Positions 30,160 through 44,225 of a DNA stretch of 64,000 nucleotides are shown here, piece after piece. Source of the stretch: the human T2T-CHM13v2.0 reference genome, Homo sapiens. Numbering within the stretch: position 1 is the first letter of the stretch; each line of letters starts with the position of its first letter. Position numbers and translations under genes: made by a program. Location of the stretch: the NCBI RefSeq assembly GCF_009914755.1, contig NC_060938.1; one strand, written 5' to 3'. Below the pieces are notes generated by a model. That model saw only the letters and a list, made by a program, of their open reading frames with translations. It did not search any database and had not been told where the DNA came from.

Positions 30160-30296
30160 CTTATTTTGTTTTTTAGAATAGAGACAGGGTCTTACTATGT
30201 TGCTCAGACTGGTTTCAAACTCCTAGGCTCAAGCAATCTTCCAGCCTCAGCCTCCTAAAGTGCTGGGATTACAGGCATGAGCCACCACACCCGGCC
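30160..30296 (-). mobile_element. FLAM Alu monomer in the DUXA-derived 3'UTR
   Basis: Single antisense left monomer. Confidence 0.8.
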
Positions 30297-31467
30297 AAGT
30301 TCTTTACCATCTTCAGAAGGCTTAGCTTGCACTTTTGGAAGAAGAATAGACTCCCAGGAAGACTGTGAGAGAGATTTGGGGCCCAAATTGATATTATCAA
30401 ATACACTGAACTTGATTGTATTCACCATGTTCTGGCTCTTGAGAAATGAGAGTGCTAGTGAGGCTGGTGCCACTTTGTGTATCTTCTGTACCTTGAAGTC
30501 CCTCAGAAACCTTGCCCCTGGTCTTCTCTGGTCTTCTCATTCTAAGGACATAACAGGTTCTCTTTTTCTCTGGAGATGAAATCTAGATCTTCGATTCTGG
30601 AACCAAATTTGGACTCTTGACTCTGAAGCACCAATTTCTTCAGCAAGTTGTTCTCTGGAATCAATCCCAGGGTATGGGTTTTTCATAAATGCATGGATGA
30701 CTGTGTGTAATTGAAAGGTGCTATAGGTGGTACAACACCATCTGGCTTCTCTATTTTGAAACTCCACACCAGGTTAATCTTGTCCATGGCTGTGGCTTAA
30801 ATCTAAAGTCAGGTTCTGGTGTTTTCTGGAATCCATGCCTAGGTCTTTGATTCTGAAACCAAATCTGGATTCTGGACTCTTCTGCATTGATTGCTAAAGC
30901 AAGTTTTTGTTTGGTAGCATAACCTGGGTAAGGTTTTTGAGTGAAGGTATTGATGAGGATTTTCAATTGATCTTCTGTGAATTTGGTGCAATTGCACCTA
31001 TGATTTGTTGCTACCATCTTGTGTGAAGAGGGGTCTTCAACTATGCAGAAAGAGAGTTCTGGAGGCTGAGCTACTGTCTGGGAGACTGCTTACAGCTCAT
31101 TTTTTAAAAAGAAAGGTCACATATAATACAATATAAAATTCACAAATCTAAAGCTTATGGTTTTCTGGGTTTTGACAAATGAAAACTCCTGTGCAACTTC
31201 AAGCCTTACCAGGATATGGATGAGGGTTTCTACCCAAAAGCACCAGTATTCTAACAAACAACTTTACGTTTTTTGAATTGTCCAGTGCCTGTGAGGATTC
31301 CTTACTCCAAGTTTATGACAAACATATTCAGAAGGCATAGTCTACAATTAGTGTTTGGGTAAGTATTTTCATCAATTGTCTGATTATTTGCTGTGAATTT
31401 GAAGTATGCTGATTCTTATGTAATTGTCTTCTGAGAAACATTGTGCCATTTTTCTTGTGGAAACCAC

Positions 31468-31490
31468 CTGTAGAATAAACAGAAATTATG
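31468..31490 (-). other. Strong 3' splice acceptor upstream of the DUXA retrocopy (candidate terminal-exon start of a DUXAP lncRNA)
   Basis: Minus strand cataatttctgtttattctacag|G. Confidence 0.5.
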
Positions 31491-32189
31491 AACGCACAGA
31501 GTTGGTTGTGATGGGCACGTCTACCTGTGGCTGCCATTTAAGTGGAAGGTGGAATCCGACTCTGGAGCATCAGCAGCCTGAGCTGCTGCTGGGCTCACAC
31601 TGACCCTGGGAGTGCTCTATGCATGCTTCACCTTATGAGGGGTGCAGAAGGAACAAAAGTAGAAAAGTGTGCTCTACTTTCACGTGTTACCAAAGGACAG
31701 AGGACACCACCAAGGATTTAGAAAACTGTTAAGTGAGGATTTATTCTTCTTAATAGCCTTTCAAGCAAGGAATTTGAAAACAAGATTCTACTCATCCCAC
31801 ACCAAAATGTAAACAGATATATTATTTTCTATACTCCCAGGATAATTTTGGTTTTACTTAAGCATCACTATTGCCCTCAAATGTCAAGTGGAAAAATAAA
31901 TGTGAATAATCCCACCACTAGCCTCCAGACTTGATGTTTATGCTATTTCGTTTTTAAAATGACCTTTTAAAAGTTATAAATTAGAAACGTGGAAGTAGAA
32001 TGGCTTCATGCAAGAAATACTGGAATAAGATCCCTGTTCTGGCCCCAGAGTCTTAGACAAGTCATTCAGCCTTTCTAAGCATCAGTTCTCCCTTCGGGAA
32101 AACATGGGCATTCATCTCTACGGGAGCTGCTAGCTCTAACTGTCAGTGAGTTTCTGAAACTTGCCCAGGAAGGAGCAGCCCCAGTGTGA

Positions 32190-32724
<535 letters not shown>

Positions 32725-33551
32725 ACGATTATGTCTTTTTATATGAGAAAAATTTATTGAGATCATAAGGAAAAAAAAAAATCCCTGAGCCAAAAAATGT
32801 CAACCAAGAAGAAAAAGAAAGTGAGAAGTAAGAAAAATATGTATTTTAGAGAAAGTGAAGTGGGCATAGCAATCACATTGAAATCTGGGTATAGAACAAC
32901 CTTCATCTCTAAAATTTATATTTAGTCAACCACTATGCTAAGCAAGGTTGTGGTAGGAATACCTGCCACCTATTCTAGGCCACATGTCTCTTACGGGCAA
33001 AAAGTAAAGCAAAGCCATAATTGTGGTTCGATATTTTGGATGTATTAATTCTCATTTCAGCATTTGCATAGTCTCACATTTTGGAAAACAAAATTGTGGT
33101 GATTTCACTTGTCTCTCCATATCATGATTATATTCAAAACTAGGAAACAAACGTAGACTAAAGAAGCAAATACTAAAGAGTGAGATCATGCAGGTTAAAC
33201 AGATACTCTTTCTCAGGGAAAAGTCATTTACCCATCATGAGCTGATATACTGTTGTGAGTTTCTATGGTTTAGTGTATTTACAACTTAACTAAGTATACA
33301 TGATTCACTGTGTACTGTAGAATATAATTAAATTGACATTTGCTGGTACGGAATAAATTTGCACATCAGTGAAATAAATGATGAAAATAAATAAAGTCTG
33401 AGGCCAGATAATTCCATTGGTTACCAATTTATGTCTTCAGCTCTACACCAAAGCAAATATTACAACTCTAAACAAGCAAACAGGTGAAGAAGAGATTTGC
33501 TGTAACCTCAGATGTCAGAGAATGCATTTGTCTCTGAAAACATTTGTACTG

Positions 33552-33555
<4 letters not shown>

Positions 33556-33589
<34 letters not shown>

Positions 33590-33606
33590 TCACGCTGTAC
33601 TTTATT
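33556..33606 (-). other. Poly(A) tail (T32 on +) with AATAAA 13 nt upstream: 3' end of a retroposed non-repeat transcript
   Basis: Pure T32 at 33556-33587; TTTATT at 33601-33606; adjacent sequence is not Alu or L1. Confidence 0.65.
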
Positions 33607-34468
33607 TAAAGGTGGCCACAGCATTAAAGTGTGAATTCATTTTGTACAACCAGAAATGGAAAAGGAGTCAGTCAAGGTGGGGCAGAAGTTTCTAACAAAG
33701 TCTAAAGCATAGTTTTATATAACTAATAATAAGGACACAATGTTTAGCTTACTTAATTCCCAAACTGAGGTCACTAAAACTTAAGATTATCTACCAAAAC
33801 TTAAGCAAAATCTCAGAGAGAAACTTTAAAAATAACATTTTATTTTTGATCATTCAAAATGTTTCAATCAATATTCTGAGCCTAAACGTGTAGGTGAGTG
33901 CTTTCTCCATCTTTGCACATGTGAAGTGCGCCTGAACCATAGCCCCACATTTTCTCAAACACCATCACACTCATAGAACAGAAAGGAAAGGGCAGTTTCA
34001 CCAGCTAGCCCCCATACACCACTCCCTAGGGTCCTCCCCAGCACCTGATAAATTTGGGAGGCCTGATTCCAGGGGGCTGGATAATGAGCTGGCAAAATAA
34101 ACCCAGAAGAATCGTAATTGCAGACAAAGATAAACTCAGGTTCCAGCACAGATAGACAGCCCATACCAGTGCTTTTGATATTAGCTGCAGTTAAGCGGGC
34201 AGGAAAGGCTCCCACTCTATGGCCGGTGGTGTGGTCAGCTCAGCGCCGCCACCTCGGCAGGCTCCATCCCACCATCACCCTCCCAATCAGGCTGATAGTG
34301 TCTCCTTATGCCAAGTGGAAGGAACTGCAATCAAATTCTGACACGAACTGGAAATCCTCCAGGGCCCTGGGCTACTGGTTAGGCCAGTAGGGCTGTGTAT
34401 CAACCGATTAAACCAATTAATAACTGGCAGCACAGCATGGCCTCCTTCTCAACAAATTACGATGCTGA

Positions 34469-34893
<425 letters not shown>

Positions 34894-35131
34894 GACAGTT
34901 CTTTACACCGTTCTCCAGTTGGGGCGGAGTGGGAGACACCACGGAGCCTACCTCTGCAGGAGGCATAGCTTGGCAGAAGGGAGACACCAGCCAGAGGAAG
35001 GGTGCACTTTAGGCACCGAACTTTAGGTAAAGCGCTCTGGGTCAGGCGTCTCCTCCAGAGTGGTCTGTTTAAAGTTAAAAAGGTCGCCTTCAAAATAGTT
35101 GTAAAATCTATACACTTACCCAGACATACAC

Positions 35132-35414
35132 ATTTTTCGAGACAGGGTCTTGCTCTGTCGCGAAGGCTGGAATGCAGTGGTGCAGTCGCAAGCCATCTTC
35201 CTGCCTCAGCCTCCCGAGGAGCTGGGACCACAGGCCCGCACCACCACACCCGGCTAATTTCGTTTTCTGTTTGTTTTATTTTCGTTTGTTTGTTTTGGAA
35301 GGATGGAGTCTGACTGTGTTGCCCAGGCTAGTCTCGAACCTCTGGGCTCAAGGGATCCTCCCTCCTCGGCCTCGCCAGGTGCTGGGGATTAAGGCTTGAG
35401 CCTCCACACCCGGA
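35132..35414 (-). mobile_element. AluJ element
   Basis: Diverged antisense Alu. Confidence 0.8.
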
Positions 35415-35439
35415 CCTATTAATTATTCTTAATTAAAAC

Positions 35440-37790
35440 ATTTAAAGGACACAGCATTTGGGGTCAGCGCAGCATTTGCAGTGGCTGCTCCAGCTTCGGG
35501 GCCGCAGGTCACCGCGGGGGCCCGGTGCCTACTGGCCCGGCCGCCCTGCGGGTCAGCTCATGGGGATTCTCTGGAGAACCCTGAGCCCATCTCCTGCGCC
35601 TCGCCCAACCTTGGGTCCCCAGGCCCAGCCTCCGAGGCCCCGCTCCCAGCGCTGCCGCCAGAGCTCCAGGCTGCGCTCCCCCAGGCAAAGGCGCCACCGG
35701 CGTGTCCAGCGCAGCCTCCTCCTCCAGGCGGCGCGTGTGAGTCAATGGAAATGACCGTGGCGGACGGAGCAGCCACCTAGGACATCGCGGAAGCCTCCTG
35801 AGGGGACTTCCACCGCTTGTCCCAGGAGGTTCTACAACAGCTGGCATTGAGAGTTCAGTTATAATATTTTCCGCCAGTTTTTCCCATCCCGGCCCCCAAG
35901 CGTCTGATTTTAAAGTTCCCGCCTCAGGCTCCGGGGCGCCTACCCTGCAAGGGCGCCAGTTCTCCGACACCTGCTAGGGAATGAATCCCCATCCCAGGAG
36001 GAAGGCGTGGCGGGGACGGAAGAAACAACCACACGATCTGTGACAGCGACCAAGCTTTAGAGGCCCCGCGTGCCTGCCAGGCGCCTGAGCCCACACCGTC
36101 CACGCTTCCCTGCCCCGGCGGGAACCACCTGTTCTCCTTGCACCGGCGAGGGCGCGGGGTCACCCCCGCCGGGCCGACCCCAGGCGTGAGCTCCAGAACC
36201 CCCTCCCAATCGCCCCGTCTTGGGAGCGCAGGGAGCCTGGCTCTTCCCTGCCAATAACGAAATCATCACGGACATTAGGAAAGCGGGGCGAGGCTGGGAA
36301 GGGAGCGGCTTTAATCCGGGGTCCGCCCCCTTCAATTCTCCAGCGTAGCGGTCCCGAAAGTGGGGTGGGGACGGGGATTGAGGCTGAGCTCGCTTCTTCC
36401 TTGTTTTCCGGGTCTTGCGCTTCTGAAGCGAACTAGGCCTGGAGGAGTGCTGGGGGTCGAGGAAACAGGGTTGGGGTGACCGAGGGACAGGTGGGGCGGG
36501 CACCTGTGCCCCGGTCGAGGCGGATTCCGAGGCGGAGCCGCTGCCTGCCTGCGCCTCGCCTGCTCGGTCCACCCAACAGCTCCGCCCTAGACTCGCAGCT
36601 GCGGAAGCGGTGGGCCGGGTGGTGATTACAACCCTGAGCGCTGTCCCTTTGGAACCTGACTCCCGACTCCGCTCAGCAACCGGGACGTTGCGACCTCAAA
36701 GCCCTCTGTGCTTCTCCATCGATACCGGGCCGCCTCTCTCGCCTGCAGCGCACGCCTCCGCCCCCAGGGGCAGCGCAGCGAGGCGGAGACCCTCCTGCAT
36801 TCCGAGCGTGCGGGGCAGCCCTCAGACTGAGGACCTGCGACTTCGTGGGACGCCGGTGTCCGCCACTGCGCCCCTCCAGGGAGCAGAGGCGGCTCTGGAA
36901 GTCGGTTTAGGGCGGAGACCGCGACTGGAGGGGCGCAGAACGCTCTTCCCAGCGTCCCGGGCTCCACCGGCACAATTTTAAAACCAGGGGCGAAATCCGA
37001 GTCCTGCTGCCACGCGGGGGTGGAGCGTGACCGCCTCGCCGCGCGCTGTCTCAGGCTCCGCCGGCTTTAGCGCCGCGAGGCTGCCAGGTGACTTCCAGGG
37101 CTCTGTGGTTCCTAGAGCGCTCCCGGGAGTCTCCTGGCTGCAGCGGGAACCGAGCTGGATGCCCGGACAGCGCCGGGGTCGTTTTTCTGCCCCCGCCCCG
37201 TGGCCGGAGCCGCAGGCCTGCCGCTACCCCCACCCGGGCCGCGCCTTCCTTCCTCGCGGCCGGACCGCGCCAGAGTCCCGGGCCCTGGCTGGAAACTCGC
37301 AGGCCCCGGGCAGCCGGGGCCGCAAGTGCGATGAAGAAGCGGGCCCGGCGCGCACATGTGGTTCCGGGCAGGAGCCCCGGCCGCCTCGTGCCCTTCTTCT
37401 CGCCCACGACGGTGGCCGGCGGCGGCCTCTGCTTCCCGGACCCATGAACAAAGCTGGAGATGCGGCTTTGGAGTCGGCCCTGGGACCTGCTTCTTCTCTT
37501 GGCTTTGGGGACCGTAGCCCAGGGCGTTCCCTCCGGGTCGGTGGCCAGGGCTTGCGGGGCGTGTGCGACTCGGGACCCCCAGCCGGGCAGCAGCGGCCGC
37601 CAAGCATGGCAAGGAGCAGCGCCAGCCTCTCCCCACCACGTCCCGGGATGGCGGGCGTCGGGTGGGAGCCGGCCCAGGACATCCAGGTGGGATCAGCCAC
37701 CGCTCAGGCCCTGTCCCAAGCGGACGCGGCCAGAGGCAGTCTCAGCACCACGCAGGCCGCGGGTTCAGTGGGCAAAGAGAGGGGCCCCCG
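35440..37790. promoter_or_regulatory. CpG island / probable promoter region
   Basis: ~2.3 kb of very GC- and CpG-dense sequence with GC boxes (GGGGCGGG, CCGCCCC) and CCAAT motifs (~36206, ~36251). Confidence 0.85.
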
Positions 37791-38477
37791 GTTTAGACCA
37801 AAAACGTGTGTTCTCCAACCTCCTACTTAAAAGCCCCTGTCTCATATGCTGGTTCCTGTCTCTAATAGTTCCTAGGTGTCTGGGACCGGTGACTTGGCCC
37901 CTGTTATCCCCGAGCTCAGCCGCAGGCTTCAGGGACCTGGGCAAAGTGTGGATAACCCTGCCCGCCTTTTGGGGAGGAAAGCCAGTTGCTCCCCTAGCCT
38001 CTACTGTGGCACTAGGAAGCAAGGGCAGCCAAGCTGATCGCTGGTTTCATCTGCACCACCCCACTCCCTCTGGCAGGTGATGAGATGGCCAGTGACGGGT
38101 GGGTTGGCAGCTGGACTGGCGTGGCATGGCTAGCTGCCCTGGGCACCATATTCCCTGCCTATCACCACTCCTGGTTGTCCAACAAAGCAAAGTCACAATG
38201 ACAAGATCCAGAGAGGGGAGTCTCCAGCTGGAGATGGTGCCGCTGTCACAGGGCACCAGAGCAGCAATGTGACAGCTTCTCATGGAGGCAGACTCTGTTC
38301 CCAGTCCCTACTCAACCCTGGCTTGATCCTTGTCAGTGTCTTATTTCTTTGCCTTGCCTTTTTCTCAGCCTGGCTTCCCTTCCAGGCAGCTCTGAGTGGC
38401 TCTTGGTCCAGGCTTGTCTCCATCTCTCCTTCCTCTTCCCAACTCCCTAAACTCAGGACCCAGTCACTCCTGCTCCT

Positions 38478-38850
38478 TACATACACACACACTCACACTA
38501 ACACACGCACACACTCTCACCCTCTCCCCCCCACACACTCACACACACTCCCACCCTACCTTAGGAAACAGGTTTCCTTCCATGAACCTTTATTAAGACC
38601 TGTGGGGAATGACCAGGATCTGGGCCCCCAGTGTGTCTGTGAGCCAGCTTGTGTGTGTGTGCAAAGGTGTGAGTGTGTGAGCATCCATGTGGCTGTGGAA
38701 ATTAGAAAGCATGTGTGTACACACGCGAGTGTGACAGTGAAGTGCTGAGAGTTGAAACAGTGTGCGTTTGGGGTCAGTGTGACCTTGGCCGTGTGGGCAC
38801 ACAGGTGAGCTGTGGCGACGGTGGAGGGATGTGAGTGACTCTGAGTGTGG
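38478..38850. repeat. Degenerate (CA)n tract followed by a TG-rich tract
   Basis: Directly visible low-complexity purine-pyrimidine alternation. Confidence 0.7.
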
Positions 38851-39404
38851 AAGCTGAGCCCAGGGCAGATGGACAAATGCATCCTTTGAGCTCCTGTAGA
38901 GGCTGCCACTCCATACCTTGCTCAACTACTCCCTCTTTGTCATCCTGGGCTCCCTCAAATCAGGATGGGGTGCAGGAAGGGGAAGTGAAGCTGGTGACCT
39001 ATGGGAAGGGGACTGTCTGCTTCCTGGGCCTGTCAGCCACTGATCTGTTCCATGTTCCTACAAATACTTACAAATCCCAGCTGCTGAGGAGCAAGACATC
39101 CTCCACCAGCCAGTTGGGGCTCCTGGCCTGGAGCTATGGAGCGAGACACATGGGGGAGGGGAGGGGGACCGCATCAGAAAGGCTGGCATCAGGGACTCCT
39201 GAGTTCAGCTCCTAGTTTTGCCAAAGGTTAGCCTGGGCACCCCAGTATGTCTTCATCAGGAACTGCAGAGCCAGACACACCACCCACGCCTCTGCCCCAG
39301 GAAGCGGCCCTACCTCTGCCTGAAGAGAGAGACTCCCACCTCAACAGCCAGCTTTCTGCCTTCTAGTCACGCCTCTCAGTTAGGGGTAAAAAGAGGGGTC
39401 TTCT

Positions 39405-39532
39405 TGTTTTTTGTAGTGGGGGGTGTCTCACTGTGTTGCCCGGACTGTTCTCTAACTCCTGGCCTCAAGTGATCCTCCTGCCTGTAGCTCTGAAAGCACA
39501 GCAATTACAGGTGTGAGCTGCCACACCCAGCA
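39405..39532 (-). mobile_element. FLAM/Alu monomer
   Basis: Diverged antisense left monomer. Confidence 0.7.
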
Positions 39533-41374
39533 GCTTCTTACCCTTTAAACGCCACACAAAATTCTCCTGGAGTTCCTGGGGGAGATTGTCTCTTTGAAAT
39601 CAAAATCTTTCCCAGGACACCTTGAGCAATCCTTCAGGCTCTTTCTGGATTGGAGGCAGAAGAAATTGCAGCTCGGTGACCCTCCCTTTGCAAGGGCCCC
39701 CTCTGCAGCCCTTGAGGGGAGTGAAAGCATTTTCATTTGGCCTCATGCCCAGCTGCAGCCAGCTCTTTCACTTCTGGAGCTGGGCTGGTTGTGATAACCT
39801 GGAGGAGGGGGAATGAGTTGGGATGACTCACTTGCCCCAGCCCATCAACCCTGGCCTAGGCTTGTGGCCAGACACCTGGTTAACCACCCCAAGAGAGCTT
39901 CCTTTCTCAGGGAAATAATGATTATTGATTATTGATCCTCTATATCCACTTCCCAGGACACTGTCAGGCACACCACAGGCCCTTGGGCATTTTTGTGGCA
40001 TCATCAGCCTTATTCCTGGATCACCATGTCAAGCTTTCCCAATAGCAGTTGGTGGCAAACTCCAACTCCTACTGTCAGAAGGCATCACAAGGCCCAGATA
40101 TGCTGGGCCTCCCAGCTCAGGCAAGCCCAGCTGTCAGGGACACAGAAACCCCTGACACTGAGCCAAGATCTTTTCCCCCTGTCTTGGCTTGAAATTCAGA
40201 TATATTGATGTTGAGCCCTCCTGGCCCGCAGTGGGACCCCCCCTTAGCCTTACAGAGGTAATGCCTATATCATGGCCTAGGTTTTTCCAAAAAGCCAGAC
40301 TCTGGGAAGAACCTGGAGTGGAGGAAAAAACCAGGCAGAGGTAACCCCATGAGGGGCTCTGGCATGTGACTCCCTGCTGGAAACGTGCCCCTAAGAGGGC
40401 ATCAAAGCCAGGCAGGCAGGGGCTCCTGCTCTGCCAGAGGCTGGAAATCAGGACTGCAGCTTCCCATCTTACTCTGGGGATGCAGGTCAACTATTTTCCC
40501 TCAGATGAGAGATGCTGAAGTTCCAATTTTATAAGATGAGAAGAAGGGCTGAGGTGATGCCCATTCTGCCACTTTGCTGAGTCCAGAGCTGTGATGAAGA
40601 GGGAGAAGTCACAGGACAAAGAAGGGGGCTCAGGGACCCCGGAGTTTTCCTTGGCAGAAGTCAACTTGCCCCGCCCCTGAGAAAACTCTGACCTCAGCTG
40701 CCAGGGAGGAAAGCAGGGACTGGGGAGGAGGGGACAAGGAGAGGGAATAGTCTGGTGCTCTGTGCTCTGGGAGAGAAGTCTGATGGCGGCAGTGACTCAG
40801 GAAGGGTTAAGAATATTCCTAAAATAGCCAAGCCACAGCCTAAGCCAGTTCATGAATGCCTCTTCCAGAGAGCAGATCAGTAGCAGGAAAATTCAGCCTG
40901 ATCTTCGCCCCACTGCCTGCCGCCTGCCCCTGGCTACTAGTTAAGCCTCCCACCCTGTCCCCTTCACCAACTCCTGTCCTAGTGGGGATGGGGTAGGAGT
41001 AGTCAGAGGGGCCAAATCTCCCCCAGTCAACAGGGAACTCCAGCTGGGACCAGGAGTACTGGGCCCCAGTGCCCGCCACCACCCCCCACCCCCATCCACA
41101 CTCCTGGTCTGAGTCAGGTAGGAGGACTTGGGACAGACAGGCAAAGTGCAGGCCTTGTACATGGGATGGAAGGTGCCAGAAGAGAGCAGCCAAATTCTCC
41201 CACCCACACACATGCATCACCAGCCATGATCAGGTGGGACCTCCAAGATCATCCTCAAATACTGCCTTCTCCTAGCTCTGTGTTCCCCTTTACTTAGGGC
41301 ATCTTGGAGTGAGATGGGCAGGGAGGGGTCGAGTGAGTCCCTTCATGAACAAACCTTATCTTTGTTTCAGGGAC

Positions 41375-41547
41375 AGGACTGGGTACATAATTTGCAGGAC
41401 CCGGTGCTAACTGAAAATGTGGAGTCTGTTCAAAAATTGTTAAGAATTTGAAGGCAGTGACAACATAGCACTAAACCAAGTTCAGGTCCCCTCTGACAGT
41501 GGGGCTTTTGCCACTGCACAGGTGGCACCTCTATGAAGCCAGCCTTG
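41375..41547 (-). mobile_element. MER45A hAT DNA transposon
   Basis: CAGGACTGGGTACATAATTTGCAGG...ATGAAGCCAGCCTTG is the reverse complement of the recalled MER45A pattern. Confidence 0.75.
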
Positions 41548-41608
41548 TGCAGGGGTTTGGTTTAATGAACATTTACTTAGCGCCCACTGCTCAGCTCTTC
41601 TGGCTCTG

Positions 41609-41930
41609 TAATATGGTGTGGCTCTGTGTCTGCACCCAAATGTCATTTTGAACTGTAATCCCCACGTGTTGGGGGAGGGGCCTTGTGAGAGGGCATTACA
41701 TCATGGGAGTGGTTCCCACATGCTGTTCTCGTGATACTGAGTGAGTTCCCACGAGATCTGATGGTTTTATAAGGGGACTTTCCCCTCTTCTGCACTTCTC
41801 TCTCCTGCTGCCACGTGAAGGATGTGTTTGCTTCCCCTTCCACCATGATTGTAAGTTTCCTGAGGCCTCCCCAGCCATGTGGAACTGTGAATTAAACTTC
41901 TTTCCTGGAGTGTGAAAATGAACTAATAAA
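41609..41930 (+). mobile_element. THE1/MST MaLR solo LTR
   Basis: T(A)ATATGGTGTGGCTCTGTGTC...AACTAATA ends; 5-bp TSD CTCTG at 41604-41608 and 41931-41935. Confidence 0.85.
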
Positions 41931-42140
41931 CTCTGTGACCTCAGAGACTCCCTCTCAGTGACCCTGTTCTCAAATGTATGAAGATGGGTGCTCAAAGATC
42001 TCTCTCTAAACATGGAACAGGGCCTGTCTGAAGACATAAGTGATTAACTTCTAATCTATAACTAAGGTCTGAGTCCTGAAGACCTTCCTCTGGAGGCTGA
42101 GTAGTTAATCTAGATGGGTCCAGGTGCTGCAGGTGATTAC

Positions 42141-42231
42141 CTTTATCTTGTTTCCTGCAAAATCATGGAGGTTTGGGAAGTTCCTTTAGACCCATTCTCG
42201 TATGGAGGTTTGTTTTCTTCTTTTTTCTTTC
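42141..42231 (-). ncRNA. 91-bp internal exon of a minus-strand DUXAP8/10-type lncRNA (candidate)
   Basis: Consensus splice sites ttgtccttgcag|G ... AAG|gtaatc; same strand as the DUXA retrocopy; sequence recalled from DUXAP lncRNA transcripts. Confidence 0.6.
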
Positions 42232-44225
42232 CTGCAAGGACAAACCGAATTCTGTGATGGTTTGTGTAGCATTTTTGAGTTTATTGCCAAAAATTGAGGC
42301 TCGTTTGTAGACTACATTTTTTAATAAAATAAAACTTTCTAGACAAAGAAATGCAGGTGAAACTGTTCCTTTGACACCATTTTCCAAATCTACACAGAGT
42401 TGATAGCAAATTTTTCTCTTTATCTTTCCTTAAATTGTATATATTCATATAAATGCTCTTAAATTCTTAGTGCAACCGAGTGGATTGTCATTACAGAGCA
42501 TGTCCTTAGCATAGAGCACAGATCTTCCCACTGTCAACTGGGCTCTGTTCACAAAGCACCCAGAGCTGGCCTTCAATTTCCACTCCTCAGTTCCTTTGCC
42601 TACCTTATTTCTAAAATAGGGAAGGTATTTGTCTTTTTAATATTTAATAAATGACATTTATTATCATTCTGCCTACTGAATTTCACTTGTCTGTCTGGTA
42701 ATAACCTACTCCCGTAAGAATCAATGAGTTCTTGGTACATATTGGTCTAAATTTGCCTCCTCTTTGAACCTTTTTCCAGTTTTCCAGGCAAGGTTGATTT
42801 ATCTATCTATTTATTCTATGTTTCCATAACAATCTTTCCAAGCATAATACAGTAAAAAAAGAGCTGATGCATCATGTCCTGTCCGTTTCCCTCTGGAGAC
42901 TTTGGAGCCAATGTGAGGGTACAGGTATGCTCCTGTAGAAGCTCTTTGGTCGCCTTTGTCAGTTTAGGACAGTTCTCAGTATGTAATTGTTCTCAGGTGC
43001 CATTAAACTAGACCTGAATAATTGAAGGATTGAAAGTGTTCAGAAATCACCCAGGATGCTTCAATAATTCATCCTAATTAGGGATATGGGGATAGTTTGC
43101 ATGAGAAAGAAGTTTTTCTTTTTGAGGAAAAGTTAAAATTCAGCAGGCAGAATGAAAATAAATGTCAATAATTTTTTATTTTAAAATATTCATGTTTTAC
43201 TATTTTGATATAATTTTTAAAGAAAAAGGCAGAAACCACTGCTTATTAGAAGGCAGATTTTATTGATTTTATACCCCTAGACTTGTTGCATATCAAACCT
43301 GTGTAAAAACATCTATAAATCAAATCATTAATTGCACCTAGTATAATAATTCTATATATGGAGGTAATGTTTGATTCTTCAGGAGCTTTAATAACTTGAA
43401 GCCCGTTTGATTGCTTTAAAATGATTTCTCATTGTATTTGTTTATATTGTATCATTAAGCAAAAGTACAGAGTAAGCAATTAGTGTGATTAATTCCTCTT
43501 CTATAATACAGTAAAGCACTGCCTCCATAGACCAATTCTCTGGGATCCCTGGAAAACATCTGGCATCCAGCAAGTCTTGACCCCTCTTTAGAAAGCCATG
43601 GAGAAACTGGAGGCAATTCTGTTAATTATTTGCCCTCTAGAGGCAATTGGGTTAATTACCCTCCCTTCCCTATCCATGACACAATTTCTCCAGTTACATG
43701 TAGAATGCTGTTATGTGTCTCCTGACCAGACCCTTTATTTCATAGATGTGGAAACTGAGGCCATGAAGGATGAGGTGACTGTTCACAATCCACATGGCTA
43801 GTTAGTGTCCAGAGCCTGGCCTGGACTTCTCTCTTGTTCTGGGGCCTTGAGTTCTCTCCCTCTTCTTTAGTACATATGGCCACAGGTAACGTAATCTGCG
43901 TACCACATTTGCATTTGGAGTGCATCTGTTTTGCATTCATTTAATCTTGTTGAGATGGTTTGCTTGCTGACCTACTCAGTCAGTTATCTTTTCACCTTTG
44001 TGAGTTGAGAGCTTTGTGTATTAAATCTGTAAAACTTTGCATCGTGGAAAGTGACATAATCTGTAGCAGACCCATGCTGTTTTTAGATGCATCTTCATTG
44101 TGGTAGTGACAGTGATTGAGAAACTTTACATGTTTTTCTGTGCTATTTCAGAATATGCCTTCTGAATTCAGCTAGAGGTGGAGTCAAAAACAACAGAATA
44201 CTATATTTTTGTTTCTCTGATTTAG

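Larger units (their letters stand above)
28005..31090 (-). pseudogene. DUXAP: DUXA processed pseudogene (DUXAP8/9/10 type) including long 3'UTR; CDS-homologous 30422-31044
   Basis: Two PRD-class homeodomains (KFTEDQLKILINTF.QKPYPGYATKQKLA...IQIWFQN; TTYS.FQLHT.I.AFMKNPYPGIDSREQLAEEIG..ESRVQIWFQNRRSR), intronless. Start ATG>ATA at 31042-31044, frameshift near 30810, stop at 30537-30539. TSD TACAGCTCATTTTT at 27991-28004 and 31091-31104; AATAAA (minus) at 28023-28028. Confidence 0.93.

Noticed and set aside
31830-31870. CAG|GATAATTTTGG resembling an upstream ATP8A2 exon (DNFG)
   Set aside because: Similarity does not extend beyond ~11 nt.
37840-37856. Second TSD copy for the 33556 poly(T) insertion (TATGCTGGTTCC; also ACTGTTCCTTT near 42362)
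   Set aside because: Too many mismatches for an insertion that still has a pure T32 tail.
35458-38080. Long overlapping ORFs (up to 267 aa) in the CpG island
   Set aside because: Expected from stop-codon scarcity in GC-rich DNA; present on both strands with no recognisable domain.
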